52,970 bases of DNA from an uncultured Planctomycetota bacterium (GTDB taxonomy: Bacteria; Planctomycetota; J058), in assembly GCA_964569055.1 (NCBI GenBank), contig CAZMSZ010000004.1, positions 1 through 52,970 on the forward strand, read 5' to 3'. A program made the translations under genes and the position numbers. Of the stretch, positions 16,854 through 26,000 are shown in pieces (the first letter of the stretch is position 1; each line of letters starts with the position of its first letter). The notes below the pieces were generated by a model. The model did no database searches and was not told where the DNA came from. It was given only the letters and a program-made list of their open reading frames with translations.

Positions 16854-17972
16854 CTACGGCTCCAGCTCCGGGTCGTACGCCGTCTGCCACCGCCCGCAGC
16901 GGCCGCAGCGGAAGGCGTACACCTCCGCGTCGAGCTCGGGCAGGCACTCCGCCGGGCGGGGGAGGTCGGGCCGGAGGGACTCGACGAACCAGCGCTCGAG
17001 CTCCTGCGTGGCCGGGGCGGTCGCGGCGAGGTCGTGGCCGTACAGGACCGCGTAGTCGCCGCAGCACACCGGCCAGTCGGGCTCGTCGCCCCAGGGCACG
17101 GCCGGGTGGTGGACGAGGTCGCGCGCCAGGGACATCGCGTCCTCCACCCCCGCGAGCGCCAGCTTGATCGCGGGCCAGTGCGGGCTGACGTCCTTGGGGG
17201 GCTGCTCGTCGAGGTCGAGGTCGAGCTCGAGCCCGAACGTGGCCCAGTTCCGACCCGGCCCGTTGCGGGTCGCGGGCTCGAGCTCGGCGCCGTAGGCCTC
17301 GCGCGCGCTCGCGGCGACGTAGCGGAAGTAGGGCTCGGAGCCGGGGACCCGCCACGCGAACGGGCCGTCGGGCGGCGAGGGCTCGCTCGCGCCGAGCAGC
17401 CGCAGCGCGGCGCGCCGCACCGCGGCCCGCCGGTCCTCGCGCGCGAGCTCGAGGGCCGCGCGCGCCACGGGCGACAGCGCGCGCGGGGCCGCCGGCGGGC
17501 CGGCCACGGCCAGCACCGCCGCCTCGCGCACCGCCCAGTCGGGGTCCTCGGCGATCACCCGCCGGAGCGTGGCGAGCGCGTCCGGGACGTGGGCCAGGGC
17601 CTGCACGGCCAGCCGGCGGAGCGGCCAGCCGCCGCCGGTCCGGCGGGCCACCCGCGGGCGCGGCGGCCACGGGCCTTCCCAGGGGACGCCCCGCCGCCCG
17701 AGCGCCCGCGCCGCGAGGTCTGCCGGGTCGGCCCGCCCCGCCGCCGCGAGGTGCAGCCGGCACGTCGCCGCCAGGAACGGATCGACCACCCCCTCGCCGA
17801 GCATGCGCTCCGCCGCCGAGGGCACGACGGGATGGCCGCGGCGCGCCAACCCCTGGAGGGCGGCGAGGCGCCAGGGCTCGGCGGGCCGCGCCAGGGCCTC
17901 GAGCAGCGGCTGCTCGTCCCCGTCGTCCAACCCGCCCAGCCGGTGAAGGTCGGCCAGGCCCGCAGTCGCCAT
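16854..17972 (-). CDS. HEAT-like repeat protein with C-terminal CbrC/UPF0167-like Cys-rich module
   Basis: Track ORF trimmed to the ATG at 17972, because the discarded leader translates the hexamer repeat (PNPNPNPN). The C-terminus (WGDEPDWPVCCGDYAVLYGH...VYAFRCGRCGRWQTAYD) resembles the CbrC family from memory. The N-terminus has Ala/Leu-rich HEAT-like repeats. Confidence 0.6.
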   Translation of the reverse strand: MATAGLADLHRLGGLDDGDEQPLLEALARPAEPWRLAALQGLARRGHPVVPSAAERMLGEGVVDPFLAATCRLHLAAAGRADPADLAARALGRRGVPWEGPWPPRPRVARRTGGGWPLRRLAVQALAHVPDALATLRRVIAEDPDWAVREAAVLAVAGPPAAPRALSPVARAALELAREDRRAAVRRAALRLLGASEPSPPDGPFAWRVPGSEPYFRYVAASAREAYGAELEPATRNGPGRNWATFGLELDLDLDEQPPKDVSPHWPAIKLALAGVEDAMSLARDLVHHPAVPWGDEPDWPVCCGDYAVLYGHDLAATAPATQELERWFVESLRPDLPRPAECLPELDAEVYAFRCGRCGRWQTAYDPELEP

Positions 17973-18063
17973 CGCGCTCCGCTGAAGCTCCTCCGCCGAC
18001 CACCGGCATTGTGCACACCGCGGCCGCGAGGCACCACGCCGAGAGCGCACGTTCGCCCAGGGG

Positions 18064-18284
18064 GGATTCGGATTCGGATTCGGATTCGGGGGGTCGGACT
18101 CGGACTCGGACCGAGGAGCCATCGCTCGAGCGACAGCTCCTTCGCCGGCTTGGTCCGAGGAGGGATGCCCGCAGCGACGGCTCTTCCTTGGCGCTCTTGG
18201 CGCTCTTGGCGGTCATTCTTCATGCCGGGGAGCTGACCTCGTGGGCGACAGCTCTTCTTGGCGGTCTCGCGCTCGTCCTCGCGA
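18064..18284. repeat. (GGATTC)4-GGGGGGTC-(GGACTC)2 hexamer run followed by about three inverted units of the GACCGCCAAG...GAAGAGCTGCCG repeat family
   Basis: Read directly. 18180-18214 is the exact reverse complement of a 35-mer (gaccgccaagagcgccaagagcgccaaggaagagc) found twice in the 34868-35210 array. Two flanking degenerate units are also visible (gaccaagccggcgaaggagctgtcg; gagaccgccaagaagagctgtcg in reverse complement). Confidence 0.8.
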
Positions 18285-18788
18285 TCAGGCGCGCTTGATC
18301 GTGTAGACGGCCTTGGCCACCGCGATCGGGGCCTCGGGCGCGCTCGGGTGCAGCAGCGTCACCGCGCTCACGCCCACCCGGTTGCCCGCGCGGATCACGC
18401 GCGCCACGCCGCGCAGCGTCTCCTGTCGCCCGGGGCGCAGGTAGTCCACGCGCAGGTCGATCGTCGCGACCCGGTCGCCCGGGTCGGTGAGGGTGAACAC
18501 CGCGGCGCCGCCCACCGTGTCGGCCAAGGTCGAGATCACCCCGCCGTGGAGCGCCGGGCGGGTGGGGTCGCCGATCAGCTCGGGGCGGAACGGCAGCTCG
18601 GCCACCACCCGGCCGCGCGCGATCTCGACCAGGCGCATGCCGAGGAACGCGTTGAACGGGATCGCCGAGTCGAAGAACTGGCGGATCGCCTCGAGGTCGA
18701 CGGTCCCCGCCCCCTCGATCGTGGGGAGCGGCTCGTCGGGGTCGTCGCCGCGGTCCTCGCCGCGGCCGTCGGCCGCGCTGGCGGTCAT
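18285..18788 (-). CDS. PaaI-family (hotdog-fold) thioesterase
   Basis: 167 aa. Motifs: FNAFLGMRLVE...G.VVAELP....L....ALHGGVISTLADTVGGAAV, typical of PaaI/YbgC-like hotdog proteins. Starts 4 nt after the upstream stop. Confidence 0.8.
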   Translation of the reverse strand: MTASAADGRGEDRGDDPDEPLPTIEGAGTVDLEAIRQFFDSAIPFNAFLGMRLVEIARGRVVAELPFRPELIGDPTRPALHGGVISTLADTVGGAAVFTLTDPGDRVATIDLRVDYLRPGRQETLRGVARVIRAGNRVGVSAVTLLHPSAPEAPIAVAKAVYTIKRA

Positions 18789-18792
18789 GAGC

Positions 18793-19191
18793 TCAGTAGA
18801 CCGCCCGCTTGAGCTCGTCCACGAAGGCCTGCGGCGTGACCGCCTCGCGGGCCCGGGCGTCGAGCGGGTCGGTGAGGTGCTCGGCCAGCTTCTTGACGGC
18901 GCTCCCGTGGTGCTCGATCCCCTCCTCGCTCAGCGCGGCGCGCGCCTCCTGGCTGAGCGCGCCGGCGTACACCCGGCCGACCTTGCCCAGGATCAGCAGG
19001 TACGCCCCCGCCAACCCGACCGCCGGCAAGGCGACGTCGGACCCGTCGAGCAGGGTGGGGTGAAAGAACAGGGCGTCGCGCAGGGGGGTCAACCCGGGGC
19101 GGTCCGAGGCGAACAGGAGCTTCCCCTCCTGCTCGACTAGGAGCGACAAGCTCTGGCGTGCCAACCGTTCCATGATCGCGTCTTGGGCCAC
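18793..19191 (-). CDS. Small conserved protein, DUF1893 (TM1506)-like
   Basis: 132 aa (LLVEQEGKLLFASDRPGLTPL...LDGSDVALPAVGLAGAYLLILGKVGRVYAGALSQEARAALSEEGIE). The layout recalls DUF1893, from memory only. The start could be GTG 19191 or ATG 19173. Confidence 0.6.
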   Translation of the reverse strand: MAQDAIMERLARQSLSLLVEQEGKLLFASDRPGLTPLRDALFFHPTLLDGSDVALPAVGLAGAYLLILGKVGRVYAGALSQEARAALSEEGIEHHGSAVKKLAEHLTDPLDARAREAVTPQAFVDELKRAVY

Positions 19192-19337
19192 GTGCCCTAC
19201 TTTTACCGTCTGGGCCAGACAATCCCCACTCGGTCCCCGCGGGCGGACGGGAGCCGTCGGCGCAAAACGCTGTGAGTAAGGGTCTTGCGCAAAGTGGCGG
19301 CAAGACTACGGGCGCTGCGAACCAGTGACGCGTCGCG

Positions 19338-22300
19338 TCATTCGCCTCGCCGGGCCTCGAGGACGAGCGCGGTCTGGTCGGCCTCGTCGACCCGCTGCAG
19401 GAACGGCAGCAGCTCGCGGGCGTACTCCGCCGGGTCGATTCGCCCGGGCCGCAGCAGCAGGCGCCGCTCCAGCTCGACCCGGCCGCCCTCGCCGCGCCGG
19501 ATCACCAGCGAGTACTGCCCGAACCGGGCGCTCAGCCGGACGCTGGGCGGGAGCAGGGGGCAGGCGTAGGGGCCGAGCTCGACCTCCACCACGTCGTGCC
19601 GCGCCACGGGCGTGTTGAGCACGAGGTCGAACGCGCGGTGGGGGTGCGTGCCGAAGGTCCGCCGCAGGTGCGTCGGCGAGAGCAGGCCGCGCAGCTCGAG
19701 GGCGCCGTCGCCGCGCGGGCGCACCGCCTTGGGCGCCAGGAACCGCAGCGTGAACGCGAGCGGCACGCCGGGGACGTCGACGTCGGGCGTGGCGCTGTCG
19801 AGCAGGCGCGCCCCCGGCTGGAGCTCGGCCGCCTGGCCGGCGAAGAACGCGCGGAGCTGCGCCGCGGGGGCGCTGGCGAGCGACTCCTTGGAGCGGTAAT
19901 AGCCGAACCCGGGCAGCGAGCGGGTGACGCTGACCTCGGCGTCGCCGCCCGCCTGCAGCGAGTAGCGCGCGGTCGAGCGCTGGGTCTCGGCCTCGAGCCC
20001 CGCGCTGGGGATCACGTCCAGCCAGCCCCCCGCGGGGTCGCACACGAACACCGGCGCCTCGTAGAGCTGGAACGGGAGGCTGCCGTACGGAGCGAGCCGG
20101 TGCGCCTCGGGCAAAAGGTAGTGCGGCGCCCCGTCGCGCGGCGCGACCCGCAGCAGCGGCAGCGAGAAGTGGGACGGCTCGAGCGCGCCCCACTCCACGC
20201 CGTCGGCGTAGGGGCTCGGCCCCGCCAGCGCGACGTCGTGAGGCACGTCGGCCGCGAGCAGCAGGGCCCGCAGGAGCGTCGTCTTGGAGCCGCCGCGCGC
20301 CGCGAGGATCTGGGCCGCCGTGTACCCGCCCGAGCTGCCGGTGACGTGGTCCTGCACGAACCGATACAGCCGCCGGGCGCGCTCGAGGTCGCTCGTGGTC
20401 CCCTCGGTCAGCGCCGCCGCCTGCCGGGCGACGGTCGGGGAGACCGCCCCGAGCGCGAGCGCCTGCTCGACGTAGAGGCTCGCCATCTCGTCGAGGGTCC
20501 GCCGCTCCACCACCTTGATCCAGGGGAGCAGCTCGTCGCGGTCGGGCGCGAACGGCTCGGGCTCGTGGCGCGGCTGGTCCTTGGCCGTGTAGACGTGCAC
20601 CTGCCAGGGGCCGCGCTGCAGCGTGCGCCGGGTGATCCCGGGGCGGTCGAGGTTGCGCTCCACGATCTCCACCGGCGCGTCTTGGTGCACGATCAGCACC
20701 CAGCGAGAGAGCCAGAACGGCTCGCGCAGGTCGGGGTCCTGGAAGTAGAAGGGGCCGTTCGTGTACTGGAAGTCGGGCGCGCCGCGCTCGAACCGGAACG
20801 CGTGCTCGACCACCGCCCCGGGCGCGAGGCCGGGCATCTCGAACCGGTCGGTGCCGGTCCGGATCGGCTCGAGCACCTCCCCCGAGGGGGTGATCGTGCG
20901 CACCTCGAGGAGCTCGCCCGCCCGCGGGCGCGAGCCGTAGCGCTCCTTGCCGTTCTCGTCCAGGATCCGCCACACCTGGTGCACCACGTCGACGGTGGAG
21001 GCGTCAGGGTAGATCTTGGTCACGGTCTGGTCGAACAGACACACCGTGCTGGCGCGCGGCCAGTGCTCGGCGCCCGGCGAGCGCTCGAGGATCTCCGCCA
21101 GCTCGGGGGTCCACTCCTCCCAGAACCGGTCCTCGACCCCGCCGAGCGCCGCGAGCAGCTCGCGCGCCTCGTGCAGCTCGGGCCGCTCCGCGACGAGCCC
21201 CTCCAGCAGCGCGACCGCCTCGGCCCGCGCGCCAGCGTCGGGCCCGGCCTCGGCCAGGCGCTTCGCCAGCGCCAGGCGCCGCCCGACGTCGTGGGGCTGC
21301 GCCTCGAGCCAGCGCCGCATGGCGGCGAGCTCGCGGGCGGGGTTCCCCAGGCTGCGCCACACGCGCGCCTCGAAGTCGGCCCGCTCGCCGGGGGTGGGGT
21401 CGCCCAGCGAGGTGAGGGCGGCCAGCGCCGCCAGCGCGCCCGGCCCGTCCGCGGCGCGCAGCGCCTGCTGCAGCCGCTCGCCCACCACCCACAGCGCGGC
21501 CTGGTCCTGCGCCAGCAGCCGCTCGCGCGCGGCCTGCGCCTCGGCGCGCCGACCGCGCCGCTCGAGCAGGTCGGCCTCGGCCCGCAGGAGCGCGGGGGGC
21601 GCGGGGTCCGGCGCGGGCGCCGAGGCCAGCACCTGCTCCGCGGGGTGCAGCCAGCCCTCCTCCACCAGCGCGCGCACTAGCGCCAGGCGCGTCGCCAGGT
21701 CGCCGGGCGCGCGGGCCAGGCCCTCCTCGAGCAGCAGCGCGCCCTCGGTCACGCGGTCGTCGCGGAACGAGAAGCGCGCCAGCGCGCGCAGCGCGGCGCA
21801 CGACGCGGGGTCGAGGGCGCGCGCCCGCTCGTACGCGGTGCGCGCCCGCTCGCGCTGCACCGCCTGCGGGAGGTGCTCGGCCTGCTCGGCCGCGCGCCCC
21901 GCGAGGTTCCACAGCCAGGCCTGCTCCTCGAGCGTGGGCGCCGCCGCGCGCAGGTCCTGCAGCGCCACGTCGGCCTCCTCGGACAGGCCGGCCTCGAGCA
22001 GCGCGTGCACGTACAGCCCGCGCCGCTCGCCCGCGGGCTCCTGCGCGAGCGCCGCCAGCGCGTGCTGCAGCAGGGGCGCGCTGGGCTCGGTGCGCGCCGC
22101 CGCCACCTCGGCAGGGGTGGCGCTGCAGGGCAGGACGAGCGGGCCGCCGGCGGGCGTGGTCAGGCGCACGTGCACGCTGGGGCCGGACCCGCCGGCCACC
22201 TTGATCAGGAGCCGGTTCCACCCGGCGACCAGCCGGATCGGCAGCCGCACCTCGTGGCTCAGCCGCTCGCGCGCGCGGTCGATCGTCCCGACGTGGGCCC

Positions 22301-23024
22301 GGTTCACCCACACCTTCGCCGACGGGCCGCGGTAGACGAGCTCGGCCTCCAGCGGGCCAGGGGCCTCGACGTGCGTCAGCACGTAGCAGGCCTGCCCGTC
22401 GCCCTCGGCCGCGTCGGAGAGGTCGAGGTGGGCCGCCCGCGGCTCGCGGGTCAGCCGCTCCCAGCCGCGCTCGCCGCGCAGCGCGGCGAACCGCTCGGCG
22501 GGGTCGACCACCGCCCGCGCCGCGGCGAGCTCGGGCGGGAACACCCGCTCGAGCGCGGCCCGGCGGGCGACCCCGAACGGGCCCGCCACGAGCGCCTCGC
22601 CCAGGAGCCCGCGCTCCGCGGTCAGCGCGTAGGCGCCCGCCCGGTCGCCCGCCGCCAGGCGCAGGCGGGCGACCAGCTCGGCCAGCTCGTCGAAGTTGGC
22701 GTGGTCGCGCACCCGCTCCAGGAGCGGCTCCAGGCGGGCCCGCGCCGCGGCGAGGCCGCCGGGCACCAGCTCGATCACGTTGCGCAGGGCGGTGAGGGCG
22801 TACGGCACGCGCGGGTCGCGCGGGTCGGCCTCCAGCGCGCGCAGCAGCGCCTCCTGCGCGGCGGCCGGGTCGCCGTGGTCGAGCACCGGGTCGAGCAGCG
22901 GCTCGCGGGCCGCCGCGGCGGGCTCGGCCGGCTGCGCCGCGGCCGGCTCGCCCAGCGGGGCCGCGAGCAGCAGGAGGGCCATGAGCGGCGCCGCGCGCCG
23001 CGAGCAGTTGGCGAGGTCGCTCAC
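19338..23024 (-). CDS. Secreted TPR / DUF3857-like / transglutaminase-like protein, Cys-less paralogue
   Basis: Track ORF trimmed to the GTG at 23024, which overlaps the TGA of the upstream gene (GTGA). The predicted signal peptide is MSDLANCSRRAAPLMALLLLAAPLGEPAAAQ. The protein is colinear with the upstream paralogue: jelly-roll-like block, TPR-like Ala-rich repeats, DUF3857-like block, transglutaminase-core-like block. The core reads ARGGSKTTLL where the paralogue has FGDCKDKATL. Confidence 0.8.
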   Translation of the reverse strand: MSDLANCSRRAAPLMALLLLAAPLGEPAAAQPAEPAAAAREPLLDPVLDHGDPAAAQEALLRALEADPRDPRVPYALTALRNVIELVPGGLAAARARLEPLLERVRDHANFDELAELVARLRLAAGDRAGAYALTAERGLLGEALVAGPFGVARRAALERVFPPELAAARAVVDPAERFAALRGERGWERLTREPRAAHLDLSDAAEGDGQACYVLTHVEAPGPLEAELVYRGPSAKVWVNRAHVGTIDRARERLSHEVRLPIRLVAGWNRLLIKVAGGSGPSVHVRLTTPAGGPLVLPCSATPAEVAAARTEPSAPLLQHALAALAQEPAGERRGLYVHALLEAGLSEEADVALQDLRAAAPTLEEQAWLWNLAGRAAEQAEHLPQAVQRERARTAYERARALDPASCAALRALARFSFRDDRVTEGALLLEEGLARAPGDLATRLALVRALVEEGWLHPAEQVLASAPAPDPAPPALLRAEADLLERRGRRAEAQAARERLLAQDQAALWVVGERLQQALRAADGPGALAALAALTSLGDPTPGERADFEARVWRSLGNPARELAAMRRWLEAQPHDVGRRLALAKRLAEAGPDAGARAEAVALLEGLVAERPELHEARELLAALGGVEDRFWEEWTPELAEILERSPGAEHWPRASTVCLFDQTVTKIYPDASTVDVVHQVWRILDENGKERYGSRPRAGELLEVRTITPSGEVLEPIRTGTDRFEMPGLAPGAVVEHAFRFERGAPDFQYTNGPFYFQDPDLREPFWLSRWVLIVHQDAPVEIVERNLDRPGITRRTLQRGPWQVHVYTAKDQPRHEPEPFAPDRDELLPWIKVVERRTLDEMASLYVEQALALGAVSPTVARQAAALTEGTTSDLERARRLYRFVQDHVTGSSGGYTAAQILAARGGSKTTLLRALLLAADVPHDVALAGPSPYADGVEWGALEPSHFSLPLLRVAPRDGAPHYLLPEAHRLAPYGSLPFQLYEAPVFVCDPAGGWLDVIPSAGLEAETQRSTARYSLQAGGDAEVSVTRSLPGFGYYRSKESLASAPAAQLRAFFAGQAAELQPGARLLDSATPDVDVPGVPLAFTLRFLAPKAVRPRGDGALELRGLLSPTHLRRTFGTHPHRAFDLVLNTPVARHDVVEVELGPYACPLLPPSVRLSARFGQYSLVIRRGEGGRVELERRLLLRPGRIDPAEYARELLPFLQRVDEADQTALVLEARRGE

Positions 23025-26000
23025 TGGTTCGCCTTCCCGCGCCCGAGCCGGACGCGCTCCTTCTCCGCCCGCTCCACCGCCTCGACGAACCGGCGGAAGG
23101 CGGGGTAGTCCTCGGCCGCGATCCGGTGCGCCTCGACGCGCAGCACGCGCCGCACGCGCAACGTGCTCCCCTCGCGCTGGTAGGTCCGCTCGTAGCGCCA
23201 CTGCGGCCCCTCGAGCTTCACCGCCTCGGGCACGCTCTCGAGCGAGAGCTCGGGCGGGAGCTGGTAGATGACCTCCTCCTCCACGCCCGACGGCACCGGG
23301 AGCACGAGGTCGTGGGTCCGCTCGACGTCGGCGGCGTAGCCCGACAGCCGGCCGCCGCGCAGGTAGACCAGGTCGAACAGCCAGCTCCGCACCTCGGCCA
23401 GCTCGAGCCCGCCGCCCACCTGGCGCACCATGCGGGGCACCTCGACCTCCGCCTTGACGCGCACGGGCGCCTCGAGGTCGTTCACGTCGCTGGTCTCGAC
23501 GGCGGTCACGCGCGCGCCGCTGAAGCTGGCGCCGAAGCGCGGCTCGAGCCGCTCCTTGCGCAGGCCGGCCGTGTGCATCCAGTCGCGCAAGATGCTCTCG
23601 TACGTCCCCGTCCCCTCGATCGTGGCGGTGAACGAGGCCCCGCCGTCGGGGGCGAGCCGCACCTCGTGGCGCTCGCGCAGCGAGTTGGCCTCCGAGCCGC
23701 GATAGGGGATCTCGCGCAGCACCCCGCCCTGCGGCGTGATCACGACCACCTTGGCGCCGTAGTCCATGGCGGGCAGCGCCGGGTAGGGGTGGTACTCGGC
23801 CGTGCCGTCCAGGAAGATCCCGCCCTCGCCGTGTTCGACCCACGAGATGCAGTGGTTGAAGTGGCCCATGAGCGGGAGGCTGAGGTCCTCGCGGCCGCGC
23901 GCCTCCTCGCCGAAGATCAGCACCGGGTGCGCCTCGATCCCGACCACGCCCAGCATGGTCCCGATCAGGGTCGCCTTGTCCTTACAGTCGCCGAAGCGGC
24001 GCGCGAAGATCTTGGTCGCGTTGTAGGGCTTGAAGCCGTGGATCCCGAACTCCCAGGCCGCGTTGTAGCGGACCTCGGTGATCACGAAGTGGTAGATCCG
24101 GCGGATCCGCTCCTCGTCACTGGTGGCGCCGGCGCACAGCTCGTGGACCTTGGCCCGGATCGCGTCGTCCGCCTCGTGCTGGTCGGCCACCAGGCCCCAG
24201 TACCAGCGCGCGAACGCGTCCCAGTCGCCGAAGGTGGAGACCTGCACCTGCGGCACCAGCTCCTTGTCCCAGGGCATGTGGGGCTCGCGCTCGAGCGGCG
24301 CGATCCCCGTGCGCTCGAACACGTGGACCACCTGCTCGCCCTCCTCGCGCCGCTGGTGCAGGGCGGGGTCGAGCCCCGGGGTGTGGAAGAACAGTTGCTT
24401 GGTCTTGGGCGCGATCAGCACGAACCGCCGGCGATCGATCGCCTGGTCCGCCTGGAACTCCGCGACCTCGCCGTAGTAGTCGCCGAAGAAGCCCTGCTGC
24501 AGGTCGTCCACCCGCCAGCGGACCTCGATCACGTCGCCCGGCTCGAGCGGGGGGAAGCGGACGGTGTAGCCGCGGTAGCCCGAGAACTCGCCGCGCGGCG
24601 CCCGGCCCGCCCCGACCGGCGCGTCCTCGTACCCGCCGCCCCGACGCCACACGCGGGCCCGCTGGAACAGGATGCGCTGCTCGGTCGAGAACGGGGCGGT
24701 GAAGCTGACGAGGTCGCGCGCGCCCTGCCGGTTCTCGACCCGGAACACCTGCTGGGTGAACTGGCTCTGCGTCCCGTCCGGGTTGACCCGCGCCACCTCC
24801 TGCAGGAGCAGGTAGCGGTGGGTGCGGCGCGGGTCGAGCGGCGTGCTCTTCGCCGCGGCGACCAGCGGCTCGGGGTCGATCACCCAGGCCGCCTGGAACG
24901 ACGCGACGCGCTCCTGGTGCCGCGCGCGGTACTCGACGTATTTCTTCAGCTCGACCCGCTGCGGGTCGAGGCGCAGGGCCTGCGCGAACAGCTCGTCGGC
25001 GAGCGCCTCGTTCCCGGTCCGCTCGGCGAGCTCGCCGCGCGCCTGCGTCAGCGCGGCGTCGTCGGGCGCGAGCGCGAGCGCCTCGTCGAGCGCGGCGCCG
25101 GCCTCCTCGAGCCGCCCCATCCGCTCGAGGAGCTGCGCGCGCGCGTAGCGCAGCCCGGTGGAGTAGGGCGCGACCTCGCCGGCGCGCGTCAGCAAGGTGA
25201 GCGCGAGCTCGGGCCGGCCGGCCGCCTCATGCAGCCCGGCCAGCGCGTGGAGCGCCCCGGCGTCGGTCCGGTCGAGCTCGACCAGCCGGTCGAGCAGCTC
25301 CACCTGCCGGCGCACGTCGCCGCGCGAGCGGGCCACCCCGAGGGCGGCGCGCAGTACGGGCGCCGGGATGCAGGCGGCCTCCTCGCGCTGCACGCGCGCC
25401 TCCCAGGCGTCGAACAGCGCCTCGGTGGCGGCCACGGCCAGCGGCGCGAGCCCGCGCGCGCGCAGCAGGTCGAGCTCGAGCAGGCGCGCCCCGAGGTCGT
25501 CCGGGTAGGTCGCGAGCGCCGGCTCGAGCAGCCGCCGCGCCTTCTCCACGTTCTGCAGCTCGCGCAGGTAGTAGTGCGCCAGGGCGGCGCGGGCCTGCGC
25601 GTGGTGCGGCGCCACGGCGATCGCCTGCTCGAGCGTGCGGCGGCGCGCGTTCTCCTCCTTGTTGACCGAGAACTCCACGTCGCGCTGGCGCGCGCGCGCC
25701 AGGAGGAGCAGCAGCCCGGGGCGGTCGGGCGCGAGGGCGACCGCCGCCGCGAGCGCCGCCTCGTCGGGGTGCTGGGTGCGGTCGTGCGCCTCGCGCGCGT
25801 GCTGGAGCAGGCCGAGGTGGTAGTAACCCCGCCAGTCGGGCGTGCGCTTCACCTGCGCCGCGAGCACCTCGAGCGCGCCGCGCTCGACCTCGACCGACGC
25901 GGGCGGAGTCTGCTCGAAGGCCGGGCGGGCGGCGATCTCGGCCGCGGTGGCGAACCGCACCCCCGCGGCCGGGCCGCCCTCGGGCGCGCTCACGCGCAGG

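Noticed and set aside
19281-19305. Hairpin gtcttgc-N11-gcaagac downstream of the 19338-23024 gene as a terminator
   Set aside because: It has only a 7-bp stem with an 11-nt loop, and the T-run is ~15 nt away on the transcribed strand. That is too weak to call.
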